A stretch of DNA of 64,000 bases from Bacteroidota bacterium (lineage in GTDB: Bacteria > Bacteroidota > Bacteroidia > UBA8524). The position numbers and the translations under genes are program-made. Of this stretch, positions 20,105-29,213 are shown one piece after another. The notes beneath the pieces are model-generated. The model saw only the letters and a list, made by a program, of their open reading frames with translations, did no database searches and was not told the origin of the DNA. The stretch spans positions 128,822-192,821 of the forward strand of contig WBUH01000005.1 of the NCBI GenBank assembly GCA_008933805.1, given 5' to 3'. The number at the start of each line of letters is the position of its first letter. Position 1 is the first letter of the stretch.

Positions 20105-20225
20105 TTTTAAGCTATAAATAATTGTAAATAGTAAGAGGTGTGCCTTGAAGGCTTGCAATTAGAAATCCAAAAGGAAGGGAGAAGAAATCAATAGTTTTGT
20201 TTAATAGCGGTTTAAAAAAGCATCC

Positions 20226-20239
20226 TGCAAACGTTTGCA
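20226..20239. promoter_or_regulatory. Perfect 14-bp palindrome TGCAAACGTTTGCA
   Basis: Read directly from the sequence. Lies between two small minus-strand genes. Related half-sites (GTTTTTGCA / TGCAAAAAC) recur at 10303-10354. Confidence 0.3.
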
Positions 20240-20308
20240 AGTATCATGGCTACCGTAAGCACAAGAATCAATACTTCAATGTCGTTCACCTGCTTTGCTC
20301 CGCGGGGT

Positions 20309-20542
20309 TTAAATAGCTGCTTCATGCTGATAGGGTTTGGGGCTGGTGTGTATTGTTGGCTGAAGCTGCTCTTTGTACTCTTCCCAAGCCTTATCAACCA
20401 AACGGCCCAGTTTTTCTTTAATCGCCACCAGGGCATCGTGCGTGGGGTGCAGTTCCCACATCATCTCGTACAATTCGTCGTTAATCACCTTAAGTTGCAT
20501 CGTTACTTCCTTGTTTATTAATAATTCTGTTTCAATCGACAT
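20309..20542 (-). CDS. Hypothetical small protein of 77 aa
   Basis: ORF only. Confidence 0.3.
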   Translation of the reverse strand: MSIETELLINKEVTMQLKVINDELYEMMWELHPTHDALVAIKEKLGRLVDKAWEEYKEQLQPTIHTSPKPYQHEAAI

Positions 20543-20856
20543 GACAAAAGTATATGTTTTTGTTTACTAATAGAAACATTTTTGAATATGTTTTAAAGAA
20601 AAAATGCTACTGATTGATTATCAGTAGAAAAAATTTTGAAACCTCATAAATATGCATTTAACGTTTGATTTATAGCGATTTGAGCAATGAAAAAGAGCCA
20701 TATTTTTGTCACAAACCACCTAAGCACTACGCAACCAATATGTAAACAAAATCATTTCTATAAAGACTGATAGCTTACCGAATCTTTATTCGGTTATTTA
20801 CCCGCCCGAGTGCTTGCAAGAACTTTGCACCAGCAAAATTTAATAGTACTCAAACA

Positions 20857-21483
20857 ATGAAATACAAGACTTTATCATTGGATAGAACCGACGTTGCCCC
20901 TTTTGTACTTTGGGCAATAGTGGCATTCTTAACATGGCTGTTTATGCACAGCGCCGATCATTACCTTACCCTTACACCCGAAGCATTGGGCAAATACTTT
21001 AGCCTGCGTTGGGTATTAATCTCCCACATTACCGCCGGTGGTGGTGCGTTATTATTAGGACTTATACAGTTTTGGCCCAAACTGCGGAACTTTAGCTACA
21101 AAGTGCACCGCATTATCGGCATACTGTATTTGCTGGCTATTTTAGTAAGCAGTATTTGCGCGGTAATACTGGCCTTTACCACAGCATACAAAGTAAACTG
21201 GGCGTATGCGTTTTCGGTACAAGTATGGGCATTCGTATGGATTAGCTCCACAGCCATTGCTTACTATACCGCCATTAAAAAGAAATTTACCCAGCACCGC
21301 CAATGGATGACAAGAAGTTACTTGGTAACTCTTGCTTTTATTATATCAGGCTTATCGCTACAAACCCCTTATGTAAAGAGCCTGGGCAGTTTTGAAGATA
21401 TATCACCCTCTTTATTTTGGATGGGTTGGGCAGTACCCTTGTACATGTACGAGATACTTTTAAGCCGCAAAGCAAAAGTATAA
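20857..21483 (+). CDS. DUF2306-like integral membrane protein
   Basis: Five to six transmembrane helices. The family pattern is HxxxGG in TM2 (HITAGGGALLLG). Confidence 0.5.
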   Translation: MKYKTLSLDRTDVAPFVLWAIVAFLTWLFMHSADHYLTLTPEALGKYFSLRWVLISHITAGGGALLLGLIQFWPKLRNFSYKVHRIIGILYLLAILVSSICAVILAFTTAYKVNWAYAFSVQVWAFVWISSTAIAYYTAIKKKFTQHRQWMTRSYLVTLAFIISGLSLQTPYVKSLGSFEDISPSLFWMGWAVPLYMYEILLSRKAKV

Positions 21484-21504
21484 AAAGTATGGATTGGCCG
21501 AAGG

Positions 21505-21858
21505 TTAAACAGCCTCGGCCAATTTATCCATTAATTCATGTTTATAGGTATTACCCCAATCGTCCAACTGTTTCACAATGGGCAAAAAACTCCTGCCCAG
21601 CTCAGTAAGGCGGTACTCGCTACACAGCGGAAACCCCTCAGTAGTCTCTTTAACCACCACGCCAATCCCCAGTAATTCACTCAGTTGCATATCCAGCACC
21701 CGTGGCGTAGCCTCAGGTATGTAGCGGTGTATTTCGCTCGGCCTTGTGCAGCCCTTGTCTATCGCATCAATAATACAGGGTTTCCATTTAGCACCAAACA
21801 CCCGCATGGCCACAGTAATGCCACAACTAAAATCTTCCTTAATTTTTCGTTCGTACAT
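21505..21858 (-). CDS. HxlR-family winged-helix transcriptional regulator
   Basis: CGITVAMRVFGAKWKPCIIDAI...RPSEI...IPEATPRVLDMQLSEL matches the HxlR signature. Confidence 0.85.
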   Translation of the reverse strand: MYERKIKEDFSCGITVAMRVFGAKWKPCIIDAIDKGCTRPSEIHRYIPEATPRVLDMQLSELLGIGVVVKETTEGFPLCSEYRLTELGRSFLPIVKQLDDWGNTYKHELMDKLAEAV

Positions 21859-21999
21859 ACCTCACAAAATTACGAGTTCCCAAAGTCAAAAATCAGGCCG
21901 CCAATACCGAATAATTATTCGGTACACCGATTATAAACCCTACCCCTGTTTTCCGTGCCTGCGGAAAGCCGCAATAAACTGACTACTCTATAGCACAAG

Positions 22000-22235
22000 C
22001 CGCTATCCACCAACAACTATCAACCACCAACATCCCCGACATCCGACATCTGACATCAGACATCCATCCCCACCAACAACCACCAACTATCAACCACCAC
22101 CACACCCCTGACATCCAACATCTGCCATCTGACATCCATCCCCACCAACAACCATCAACCATCAACAACCATCAACCATCAACTACCAACCAACAACACC
22201 CCCGACATCAAAAATTTCCTCCCCCACATTGCACA
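22000..22235. repeat. C/A-rich, G-poor degenerate tandem repeat of about 2.5 copies of a 65-75 bp unit built from CCACCAACAAC, CATCAACCA and GACATC(C/T)GACATC sub-motifs
   Basis: Read directly from the sequence. The strong strand asymmetry creates a spurious W/G-rich ORF on the minus strand. It sits immediately upstream of the head-like module. Confidence 0.7.
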
Positions 22236-22263
22236 CTTTGCACCCCCTCCAATTACAGGGCAA

Positions 22264-22860
22264 ATGCAAAAACAACTCCCTGTTTACAAATTAAAAATTA
22301 CCGATGAAGACCCTGTATCAGGGGTTGATTACGTAGCATTGGTAGATGTGCCCGCCACCGAATTTAATTGGGTGGCATTTAACCGCCAAAAACCCATGCA
22401 GTTTAAGGTGCAGCACGCCGAGCAACGCATTATCTGCGGTGCGCTGATGGTAGCCAACCTGCCCATTTACCGCAAAGAGGGCGACCGCGAGTACTACGTG
22501 GTATTTGATGAGCCTACCATTAAAAGTGTTTGTTATAAATACTTCCGCAACCGTTACACCGCCAATGTAAATGTAATGCACAACCCGCAGCAAAAAGTGG
22601 GCGGCGTGTACATGGTGCAAAGCTATTTGATTGACAAACAAAACGGCGTAAATGCCCCTGCTTACTACCCCGAATTGCCTGACGGCAGCTGGTTTGGATG
22701 TTTTAAGGTGGATAACCCGCAAGTGTGGGACAACTACATAAAAACAGGCAAACTGCAAGGGTTTAGCGTGGAAGGGATGTTTGGCCAAATGCACGTAACC
22801 GATGCATCGGAAATTATTATCCAACAATTAATTGAGATTATCAAAAATGAAAATGACTAA
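22264..22860 (+). CDS. Hypothetical protein, first gene of the phage head-like module (possibly prohead protease / XkdF-like)
   Basis: The ORF is confident. The function is tentative and comes only from its position ahead of the scaffold-like and capsid-like genes. Confidence 0.3.
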   Translation: MQKQLPVYKLKITDEDPVSGVDYVALVDVPATEFNWVAFNRQKPMQFKVQHAEQRIICGALMVANLPIYRKEGDREYYVVFDEPTIKSVCYKYFRNRYTANVNVMHNPQQKVGGVYMVQSYLIDKQNGVNAPAYYPELPDGSWFGCFKVDNPQVWDNYIKTGKLQGFSVEGMFGQMHVTDASEIIIQQLIEIIKNEND

Positions 22861-23440
22861 AGAAAAAATCCTGAAGGCCATTGGTACCGATGCCTGGGAT
22901 AAAATTAAAAAACTGGCCTTTGGCGAACAGCCCGCAGGCGAAGTAACCGAAACAATGCTGACCGACGGCACTGAAATTATGTACGAAGGCGCGCTGGCAG
23001 TAGGCACATTGGTGATGGTAATTACCCCCGAAGGTGAAATGCCCATTGCCGACGGTAAGTACGAATTGGAAGACGGTACCCGCTTCACCACCAAAAAAGG
23101 AGCGGTAGCAACCTTAGCCGCAGGCGGCGGAAAAGGCGTGAAAACAGGCTCGAAACCACAAACGGGCGCAATAAACCAAGCATCAGACCTGAAAGAGAAA
23201 ATAGAAATGATGTACCGACAGCACGAAGAAAACGCGGTGGAGTTGGCCGCTATAAAAAAGCAATTCAGTACTATGCAGGCCGATAACAAAGCCTTGCGCC
23301 AAAACCTGAGCAAAATTAGCCGCGTACTGGAAATACTGGTAGAAAACACCCCCGACGAGCCTATCCGCAACCGCCAGTTTGCCCATAACACCAATAACCC
23401 CACCAAAGCCGAGCGCATCGCCGCATTACTGAAAAGCTAA
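22847..23440 (+). CDS. Coiled-coil protein, putative capsid scaffold-like protein
   Basis: Starts at MKMTKEK and overlaps the previous gene by 14 nt. The C-terminal half is a long heptad-rich helix (EKIEMMYRQHEENAVELAAIKKQFSTMQADNKALRQNLSKISRVLE). Size and position are typical of a scaffold. Confidence 0.35.
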   Translation: MKMTKEKILKAIGTDAWDKIKKLAFGEQPAGEVTETMLTDGTEIMYEGALAVGTLVMVITPEGEMPIADGKYELEDGTRFTTKKGAVATLAAGGGKGVKTGSKPQTGAINQASDLKEKIEMMYRQHEENAVELAAIKKQFSTMQADNKALRQNLSKISRVLEILVENTPDEPIRNRQFAHNTNNPTKAERIAALLKS

Positions 23441-23567
23441 TTCATTGCTTTTGGGAATTGGCCTTTAACCCTTAGCAATGACACTATGCTTTCATCTGCT
23501 AAAAGCCAAAGGCTAACGGCTAATAGCGATTAAAAATACTATCAACTCAAAACGATACAACACAACA

Positions 23568-24539
23568 ATGAAACACAACTCAATTCCCCGATTGCTTAAG
23601 CATTCGTTTGCATACAGCATCAGCTCGCTGGATAACTATACCGAGCAAAACGTAGTACCCTTGGTAACCAAATCACTGTTTGGCAGCCGCACCGCCGAAT
23701 TGTTCCCCGTACAAACAGGTATCAAATCAGCCGAGGTCATCAACATCATGGACGACCAAGTGTATTTTCAAAGCGGCACAGGATGCGGCTTCACCGCCAG
23801 CGGCGATACCACCTTCACCCAACGCACCATCACTGTAGGTAAAATCAAAGTGAATAAAAAATGGTGTCCCGATGAATTGGAAAGCAAATGGACACAATTT
23901 TTGCTAAACGCAGGCAGCTACTACGAAACCCTTGTGCCCGAAGAAGCCCTTGCCGATTTTATGACCGCTATTATTGCGCAGGAAATGGAAAAAGCTTACT
24001 GGCGCGGTGATACCACCAGCGGCAACCCAAACCTGAACAAATTTGATGGTTTTGTAAAAATTATCGACGCTGCCGGAACTGCCGTAGCAGGTAACACAAG
24101 CGCGCAAACTTCTATCACAGTGGCTAACGCCGTGGCAATACACAACAATATCCTTACTGCATTGCCCGCAAGTCTTTTAGACAAAGACGATGTGGTAATC
24201 TTAGAAGGATGGGACACTTTCCGCAAATTGATTTTAGGTCTTCAAGACGAAAACAACTTCTTTTACGATGCTGCCGGACCTGATAATCACATTGCAGGCG
24301 AATTGAGGTTGCCCGGAACTAACATTCGTGTGGTGGCTGTTCACGGTCTAAACGATACCAACCGCATTTTTGCAGGCCGCAGCAGCAATTTCTTCATCGG
24401 CACTGATTTGCTGAACGATTTTGAAAACTTCAACATCTGGTACAGCAAAGACAACGACGAGGTGCGCATGAAGGCCCGTTGGAAAGCCGGCGTACAAGTA
24501 GCATTCCCCAACGAAATTGTACAATACACCAACGCATAA
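23568..24539 (+). CDS. Putative phage major capsid-like protein of 323 aa
   Basis: Size, Gly/Thr/Ala-rich composition and position after the scaffold-like gene. No motif-level proof is available without a profile or structure search. Confidence 0.35.
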   Translation: MKHNSIPRLLKHSFAYSISSLDNYTEQNVVPLVTKSLFGSRTAELFPVQTGIKSAEVINIMDDQVYFQSGTGCGFTASGDTTFTQRTITVGKIKVNKKWCPDELESKWTQFLLNAGSYYETLVPEEALADFMTAIIAQEMEKAYWRGDTTSGNPNLNKFDGFVKIIDAAGTAVAGNTSAQTSITVANAVAIHNNILTALPASLLDKDDVVILEGWDTFRKLILGLQDENNFFYDAAGPDNHIAGELRLPGTNIRVVAVHGLNDTNRIFAGRSSNFFIGTDLLNDFENFNIWYSKDNDEVRMKARWKAGVQVAFPNEIVQYTNA

Positions 24540-24656
24540 TAGCTGTTTGCTCTTGGCTCTTGGCAATTAGCTAAAAGCCAAATGCTAATTGCCAAAAGCA
24601 GCCAACCCAAAATAAAAATCAAAACTCTTAAAACATAAAACTTAACAACTAAAAAT

Positions 24657-25169
24657 ATGTCATGTGCATTAACCACAGGCTTCACGCTGGATTGCCGACA
24701 AAGCAACGGCGGTATAGAAGCCGTATATTTTACAGAAATAGCCAACAAGGCAACATTAACTGCTGCAAGCGGTGTCATCACTGCATTCACATTGGCAGCC
24801 ACTAAAAAATTCTTCAAATACGAGTTGAGAAAAAAAACAGGGCAGTTGGAACAAAACATACAGGTAAACAACGAAAACGGCACTGTATTTTACGAACAAA
24901 CTCTTACCGTTAAATTAGATAAGTTGGAGGTAAATAAACGCAACGAAATTTTGTTGCTGGCCAAAAACAACCTGATGGTAATTGTGAAGGATAACAACGG
25001 CAAATACTGGCTGGTGGGCGAAACCCGCGGTGCTTTGTTAAGTGCCGGAAAAGGAACCACAGGAACCGCCTTTGGCGATATGAGCGGCTTTGAACTAACC
25101 TTTACAGGTGAAGAGCCCGAATTGGCCAAAGAAGTTGACTCAACCCTTATTGCTACATTAACAGCATAA
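24657..25169 (+). CDS. Putative phage tail-tube / major-tail-like protein of 170 aa
   Basis: Small beta-rich protein directly after the capsid-like gene (VIVKDNNGKYWLVGETRGALLSAGKGTTGTAFGDMSGFELTF). Tentative. Confidence 0.3.
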   Translation: MSCALTTGFTLDCRQSNGGIEAVYFTEIANKATLTAASGVITAFTLAATKKFFKYELRKKTGQLEQNIQVNNENGTVFYEQTLTVKLDKLEVNKRNEILLLAKNNLMVIVKDNNGKYWLVGETRGALLSAGKGTTGTAFGDMSGFELTFTGEEPELAKEVDSTLIATLTA

Positions 25170-25214
25170 CCTTACAACGTACCGGTTTCATTCATCCGTT
25201 CTCCGGTATTTGTG

Positions 25215-25250
25215 CCCCGTTTGCAGCAATGCAAGCGGGGTTTTGTTTTA
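25215..25250 (+). terminator. Rho-independent terminator closing the head-like module
   Basis: CCCCGTTTGCA-gcaa-TGCAAGCGGGG stem of 11 bp with one mismatch, followed by TTTTGTTTTA. Confidence 0.65.
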
Positions 25251-25330
25251 TAGTGAAATGATAATCGCACGCAAGGGAGCAATAAAGCATAAATTTGTTA
25301 GTGCCTTGGTGTCTTAGCGGCAGAAAAACC

Positions 25331-25900
25331 TTACAGTTTCTCCAAATACTTCTTTATAGCAAGTGGGAAATGCTTGTACTCCAACTCGTGTACCTTTTTA
25401 GCCAACGTTTCAGGCGTATCATCAGCATCAATCCTTGTTACAGCCTGCAACACAATTTCACCCTTATCGTATTCAGCGTCCACCGTGTGTATAGTTATAC
25501 CGCTTTCCTCTTCCCCGGCTTCAATAACAGCAATATGTACATTCATTCCGTACATTCCCTTACCGCCGTACTTAGGCAACAACGCAGGGTGTATATTCAA
25601 AATCCTGTTAGGAAACGCCTCGATAAGATTAGCAGGCACCAGCCATAAAAACCCGGCCAACACTACCAAATCAGCATCAAAAGCCTCAATCAAATCAACA
25701 ATTTTGCGGGTATTGTAAAACTCGTCCCTATCAAAAACCACACAGGGTACATCAAGGTCTTCGCAACGTTTTATTACGCCAGCTTTAGGGTTATTGCAAA
25801 AAACAGCCTCAACACTTGCAGTGCCGTCTTTCCTAAAAAATTCAATAATATTTTGGGCATTACTGCCTGAGCCCGAGGCAAAAATCACTATGTTTTTCAC
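25331..25900 (-). CDS. purN: Phosphoribosylglycinamide formyltransferase
   Basis: IFASGSGSN at the N-terminus, the NIHPALLP motif and the formyltransferase catalytic region. Confidence 0.9.
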   Translation of the reverse strand: MKNIVIFASGSGSNAQNIIEFFRKDGTASVEAVFCNNPKAGVIKRCEDLDVPCVVFDRDEFYNTRKIVDLIEAFDADLVVLAGFLWLVPANLIEAFPNRILNIHPALLPKYGGKGMYGMNVHIAVIEAGEEESGITIHTVDAEYDKGEIVLQAVTRIDADDTPETLAKKVHELEYKHFPLAIKKYLEKL

Positions 25901-25915
25901 CCCCGCAAGATACGG

Positions 25916-27412
25916 CTAAAACTCAAGTTCGGTATTAATGGCCTGCCCCATAAACGCATTGAAGTTAGACAAGCCGTTAAACAAGTGCATGGGCACAACA
26001 CTGATAATGAAATCGGTTTTGTTGTCAGACTTACGAACGCGCTTAGAAACAAGTGTCGATGTACCTGTCCATGGCGAAACCACACTGTTGTTTTCACGAG
26101 TAATACGGCCGTTGTACAATACCGAGTAAGCATACAGGTTGTTATCAATCGGCAACTCATACGGCCTGATACCTGTTAAAAAATTAGGGGTGCGCAAAAT
26201 TGGCCATGCGCCGCTCACAGGCAACAACGAGTCGTTTTGTTGCATCAAAAACGCATCTTTATTGGTAACAGGTAAATAAGATTTTATGGGGGTAAAGTCT
26301 AAGTAAGCAGGGTCGGTGGGTAAATTATCATTGGCAGCACTCACCACCATCATACGCCCGCCTTTATCAAAAAACACCGACGACGATTTTTGCAGTAATC
26401 CCAAACTGGCTTCGGTATCATCGCTAAACCACAATATGCGTTTAAAGAAACCGAATATCTGTGCTTGGGTAAAAGGGTCGGGAGATAGTTCTGTATAATT
26501 ATTTCCGTTCCGCTCGGTAGCCATCATCAAATCATACGGTTTTGAGGTTGCCGATGCCAACGCAGTTAAATAAAAGTTTTGCACCGATGCCCTTAAAAAC
26601 TGCGATTCAATAGCATTTACCACCAATATATCGCCTTGCGGTTTGCGTACAAACAAGGTGTAAGACGCAGTAAATGATGACTTACTGCCTGTTTTATCAA
26701 TGGCACGTATATACAGCTTGTTGCTGTCGTTCAGTTTTAAACCCCCAATGGTGCGGTTCCATGGGGTTTGGTTGCTTCCTAAATAAATATCGCAGTCGGT
26801 AATACTTCCGGTAAGGTTTTTACCCACTACTAATATATCGCGGATACCGGGGGCAATTTTAGTAAACGGACCGTTGGTATCGTTAAAACAAATCTCAAAC
26901 GAGTCCAGCGAAATATCACCGTCCAAATCGCCTGCCTGCCAAGTATAACGGATAGCGGGGAAACTACGCACAGGGGTGCGCGAAGGCACAGCCGACGATA
27001 CATAAAAGTTAACCGTAGGGGCTGAGTTTTTTACAGGGAAAAACAAACGAGCAGGAGAAGCATCAGCGTTGCCGTTGTTATCTATGGTACGAACTTCAAA
27101 ATCAAAATCAAACGTATCAGAATTGGTAGGGATTATCAGCGTAAAAACTGAGTCCTGCTTTTTGGTTGCCTGCCAAGCTGAATTGTTGATACGGTATTCA
27201 TACCCGGTAACAAAACCATCAGCATCAGTACCCCACCATTGCACCCGCACTTGCGAAGTGAAACGGTTATCCCCTTGCCTCACAATAGTATCAGCTACCA
27301 AATGTGTTTCAGGCGCGGTATTGGGTTTGGCAGTTCCGTCAAAATCCTTTTTGCAGGCGGCCAGCATTGCCACACAGGCCAATATGTATATGCAGCGAAG
27401 TACTCCCTTCAT
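25916..27412 (-). CDS. Hypothetical lipoprotein of 498 aa
   Basis: Lipobox MLAACKK. No recognisable domain. Lies 16 nt upstream of purN on the same strand. Confidence 0.5.
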   Translation of the reverse strand: MKGVLRCIYILACVAMLAACKKDFDGTAKPNTAPETHLVADTIVRQGDNRFTSQVRVQWWGTDADGFVTGYEYRINNSAWQATKKQDSVFTLIIPTNSDTFDFDFEVRTIDNNGNADASPARLFFPVKNSAPTVNFYVSSAVPSRTPVRSFPAIRYTWQAGDLDGDISLDSFEICFNDTNGPFTKIAPGIRDILVVGKNLTGSITDCDIYLGSNQTPWNRTIGGLKLNDSNKLYIRAIDKTGSKSSFTASYTLFVRKPQGDILVVNAIESQFLRASVQNFYLTALASATSKPYDLMMATERNGNNYTELSPDPFTQAQIFGFFKRILWFSDDTEASLGLLQKSSSVFFDKGGRMMVVSAANDNLPTDPAYLDFTPIKSYLPVTNKDAFLMQQNDSLLPVSGAWPILRTPNFLTGIRPYELPIDNNLYAYSVLYNGRITRENNSVVSPWTGTSTLVSKRVRKSDNKTDFIISVVPMHLFNGLSNFNAFMGQAINTELEF

Positions 27413-27504
27413 TCAACTGCAAACTTAGCTAATTTATACCTTTTGTTAAGTTAATGATATGTTAGCTTTTGAGATAAACTAATGCCGATTCTTACACGCA
27501 GCCC

Positions 27505-28542
27505 TTATTTGATAGACTTTAACAGCTCCGCAGCCTCTTTCTTCAATTTTTCATCTGTAAAAATCAACGACTCAAGCACTCTCTTAGCCTCAGCAGGGTT
27601 GTTTTGCTTCATTAGTGCTTTTGCCCTAAGCAGTTGGCCCTGCTCGTAATAGGTAAAAACCACGTTCTGCAATACCAGCAAACAACTGTCGTATAGTTTT
27701 GCATCAAAGTAACTTTGTGCAGTCAGGTAATTTAAAGAATCCTGTTGAGGGCTAAAGAAATTCAAGTTAGACACCTCTAAATTGTTATTAGAGATATTAT
27801 TATTCCTGAAATTGTTACTGACGTTATTATGTGAGGGATAAATATCCCTTCTCTGCTCCTTTTTAAGGGGTTGAGTAGCTTCTTTTTTATAATCAACTGC
27901 GGGTGGCGAAACTGTACTTTCTGTTATTACCACCTCTTTTTCTTCCATATCATCCGCACCCGCAACTTTTTCCGTTTCCTCTGCTTCACTTTTAAAAACA
28001 CTTTCAGGTAAAATGCTGCTTTCATCTTTACTCACAGAAACACTTTCGACATTCACAGGCGCACTATTAACTTCTCGTTCTTTTGAAGGAACAGAACCTG
28101 AGGGAACCGAACGTAATTCAGTAACACTATCTCTTTTGACAACGCTCTCTTCCACTTCAGAAGAAGCCGCTCCTTCCTCAGCCTTTCTTATATTCTCACT
28201 TTTAACTATCCTATCATCAGCAACGGGCGTAAGATTGTACCAACCTATGCCTAACCCAACCAGCAAAACAGCAGCGGCACTCCAATACCATAAAACCGCC
28301 ATTCGTTTCCGTTTGGGTTTCAGGTATTCGTCCACTTCTGCATTAATAGCAGCCACCGTTTGGGGCAGCATTTCGGGATGTGCAAGCGTATCAATACCTT
28401 CCTTCATATCCGCGCACAACTCACACCCTGCAACGTGTTGCTGCAAGGCTTGCAATTGGTTGGGGCTAAGCGTTTTTTGCGCATAGCCTTCCCACATCTC
28501 ATTGCTTATACATTGTGCTGTATCCATACTAGTAATGCCCAT
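27505..28542 (-). CDS. Zinc-finger (ChrR/ZAS-like) anti-sigma factor with a transmembrane segment and C-terminal TPR-like repeats
   Basis: HxxxCxxC motif (HVAGCELCADM), a single transmembrane segment, a low-complexity linker and a helical-repeat C-terminus. Overlaps the ECF sigma gene. Confidence 0.55.
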   Translation of the reverse strand: MGITSMDTAQCISNEMWEGYAQKTLSPNQLQALQQHVAGCELCADMKEGIDTLAHPEMLPQTVAAINAEVDEYLKPKRKRMAVLWYWSAAAVLLVGLGIGWYNLTPVADDRIVKSENIRKAEEGAASSEVEESVVKRDSVTELRSVPSGSVPSKEREVNSAPVNVESVSVSKDESSILPESVFKSEAEETEKVAGADDMEEKEVVITESTVSPPAVDYKKEATQPLKKEQRRDIYPSHNNVSNNFRNNNISNNNLEVSNLNFFSPQQDSLNYLTAQSYFDAKLYDSCLLVLQNVVFTYYEQGQLLRAKALMKQNNPAEAKRVLESLIFTDEKLKKEAAELLKSIK

Positions 28543-29126
28543 CCAAAAAGAATTCCTTTTTGTGCAAGGGCGTTTTTTAAATTACGTTTACCGTTTTGTA
28601 TATAACTCTTCACCTCATTAGCGGTGTAGCCCGTTTGCAGGCTTATCTCCTCATAACTTTTCTGTTTCAAAAAAAACAAATCAATACATTCCCGCTGCTT
28701 CTCATTCAACTGTGCCAATGCATTTTCCAACGCTTGCAGTTTGTGCTCTTTTTCCTCCCCTTCACCCTCTTGATGCAGTAACTCACCAAATTTCACAAAA
28801 AAAGTTTCACTTTCTTCTTCAGGCTCAGCTACCAGCACTTCCAGTGCGGGTTTGCGTAATTGCATCAAACAATAGTTTTTGCAAACACTGTATAGCCAAC
28901 TTTTAAAATTTTGCGGACTGTGCTTCAATAAGTCGGTAAACAGCTTTTCAAAAACAGCCATGCTGGCATCTTTGGCTGCGGCCTCATCCCTCAAGTATTT
29001 ATGGCATACCGTAAAACTAAGTAATGAGTACCGCTTAAACAGCTCACCCACCACCCATTTGTTATGGGTGTGTTGGTACTCTGCCACCAGTTCCTCATCC
29101 GTTTTATGGTGCTCAAATGCCGCCAT
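28506..29126 (-). CDS. ECF-type RNA polymerase sigma factor
   Basis: Region 2 (FEKLFTDLLKHSPQNFKSWLYSVCKNYCL) and region 4 (QKSYEEISLQTGYTANEVKSYIQNGKRNL). Confidence 0.75.
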   Translation of the reverse strand: MAAFEHHKTDEELVAEYQHTHNKWVVGELFKRYSLLSFTVCHKYLRDEAAAKDASMAVFEKLFTDLLKHSPQNFKSWLYSVCKNYCLMQLRKPALEVLVAEPEEESETFFVKFGELLHQEGEGEEKEHKLQALENALAQLNEKQRECIDLFFLKQKSYEEISLQTGYTANEVKSYIQNGKRNLKNALAQKGILFGWALLVWIQHNV

Positions 29127-29213
29127 TTACAAGGGTTTCAAAAAAATTTTATTTCAGCTTATGGAATTTCAATTATAGCTGCATCAAATAGCAAACCAAA
29201 TACATCATCAAAT

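Noticed and set aside
21983-22168. 61-aa minus-strand ORF rich in W, G, C and M (MLMVDGCWWGWMSDG...)
   Set aside because: It is a translation artefact of the C/A-rich tandem repeat. It has no start context and a low-complexity composition.
22000-22235. Possible CRISPR array
   Set aside because: The units are degenerate and contiguous, with no unique spacers of regular length and no cas genes.
27505-28542. The 37-nt overlap between the anti-sigma and sigma genes as evidence for a frameshifted pseudogene
   Set aside because: The alternative in-frame start MDTAQC reduces the overlap. Such overlaps are common in ECF sigma/anti-sigma pairs.
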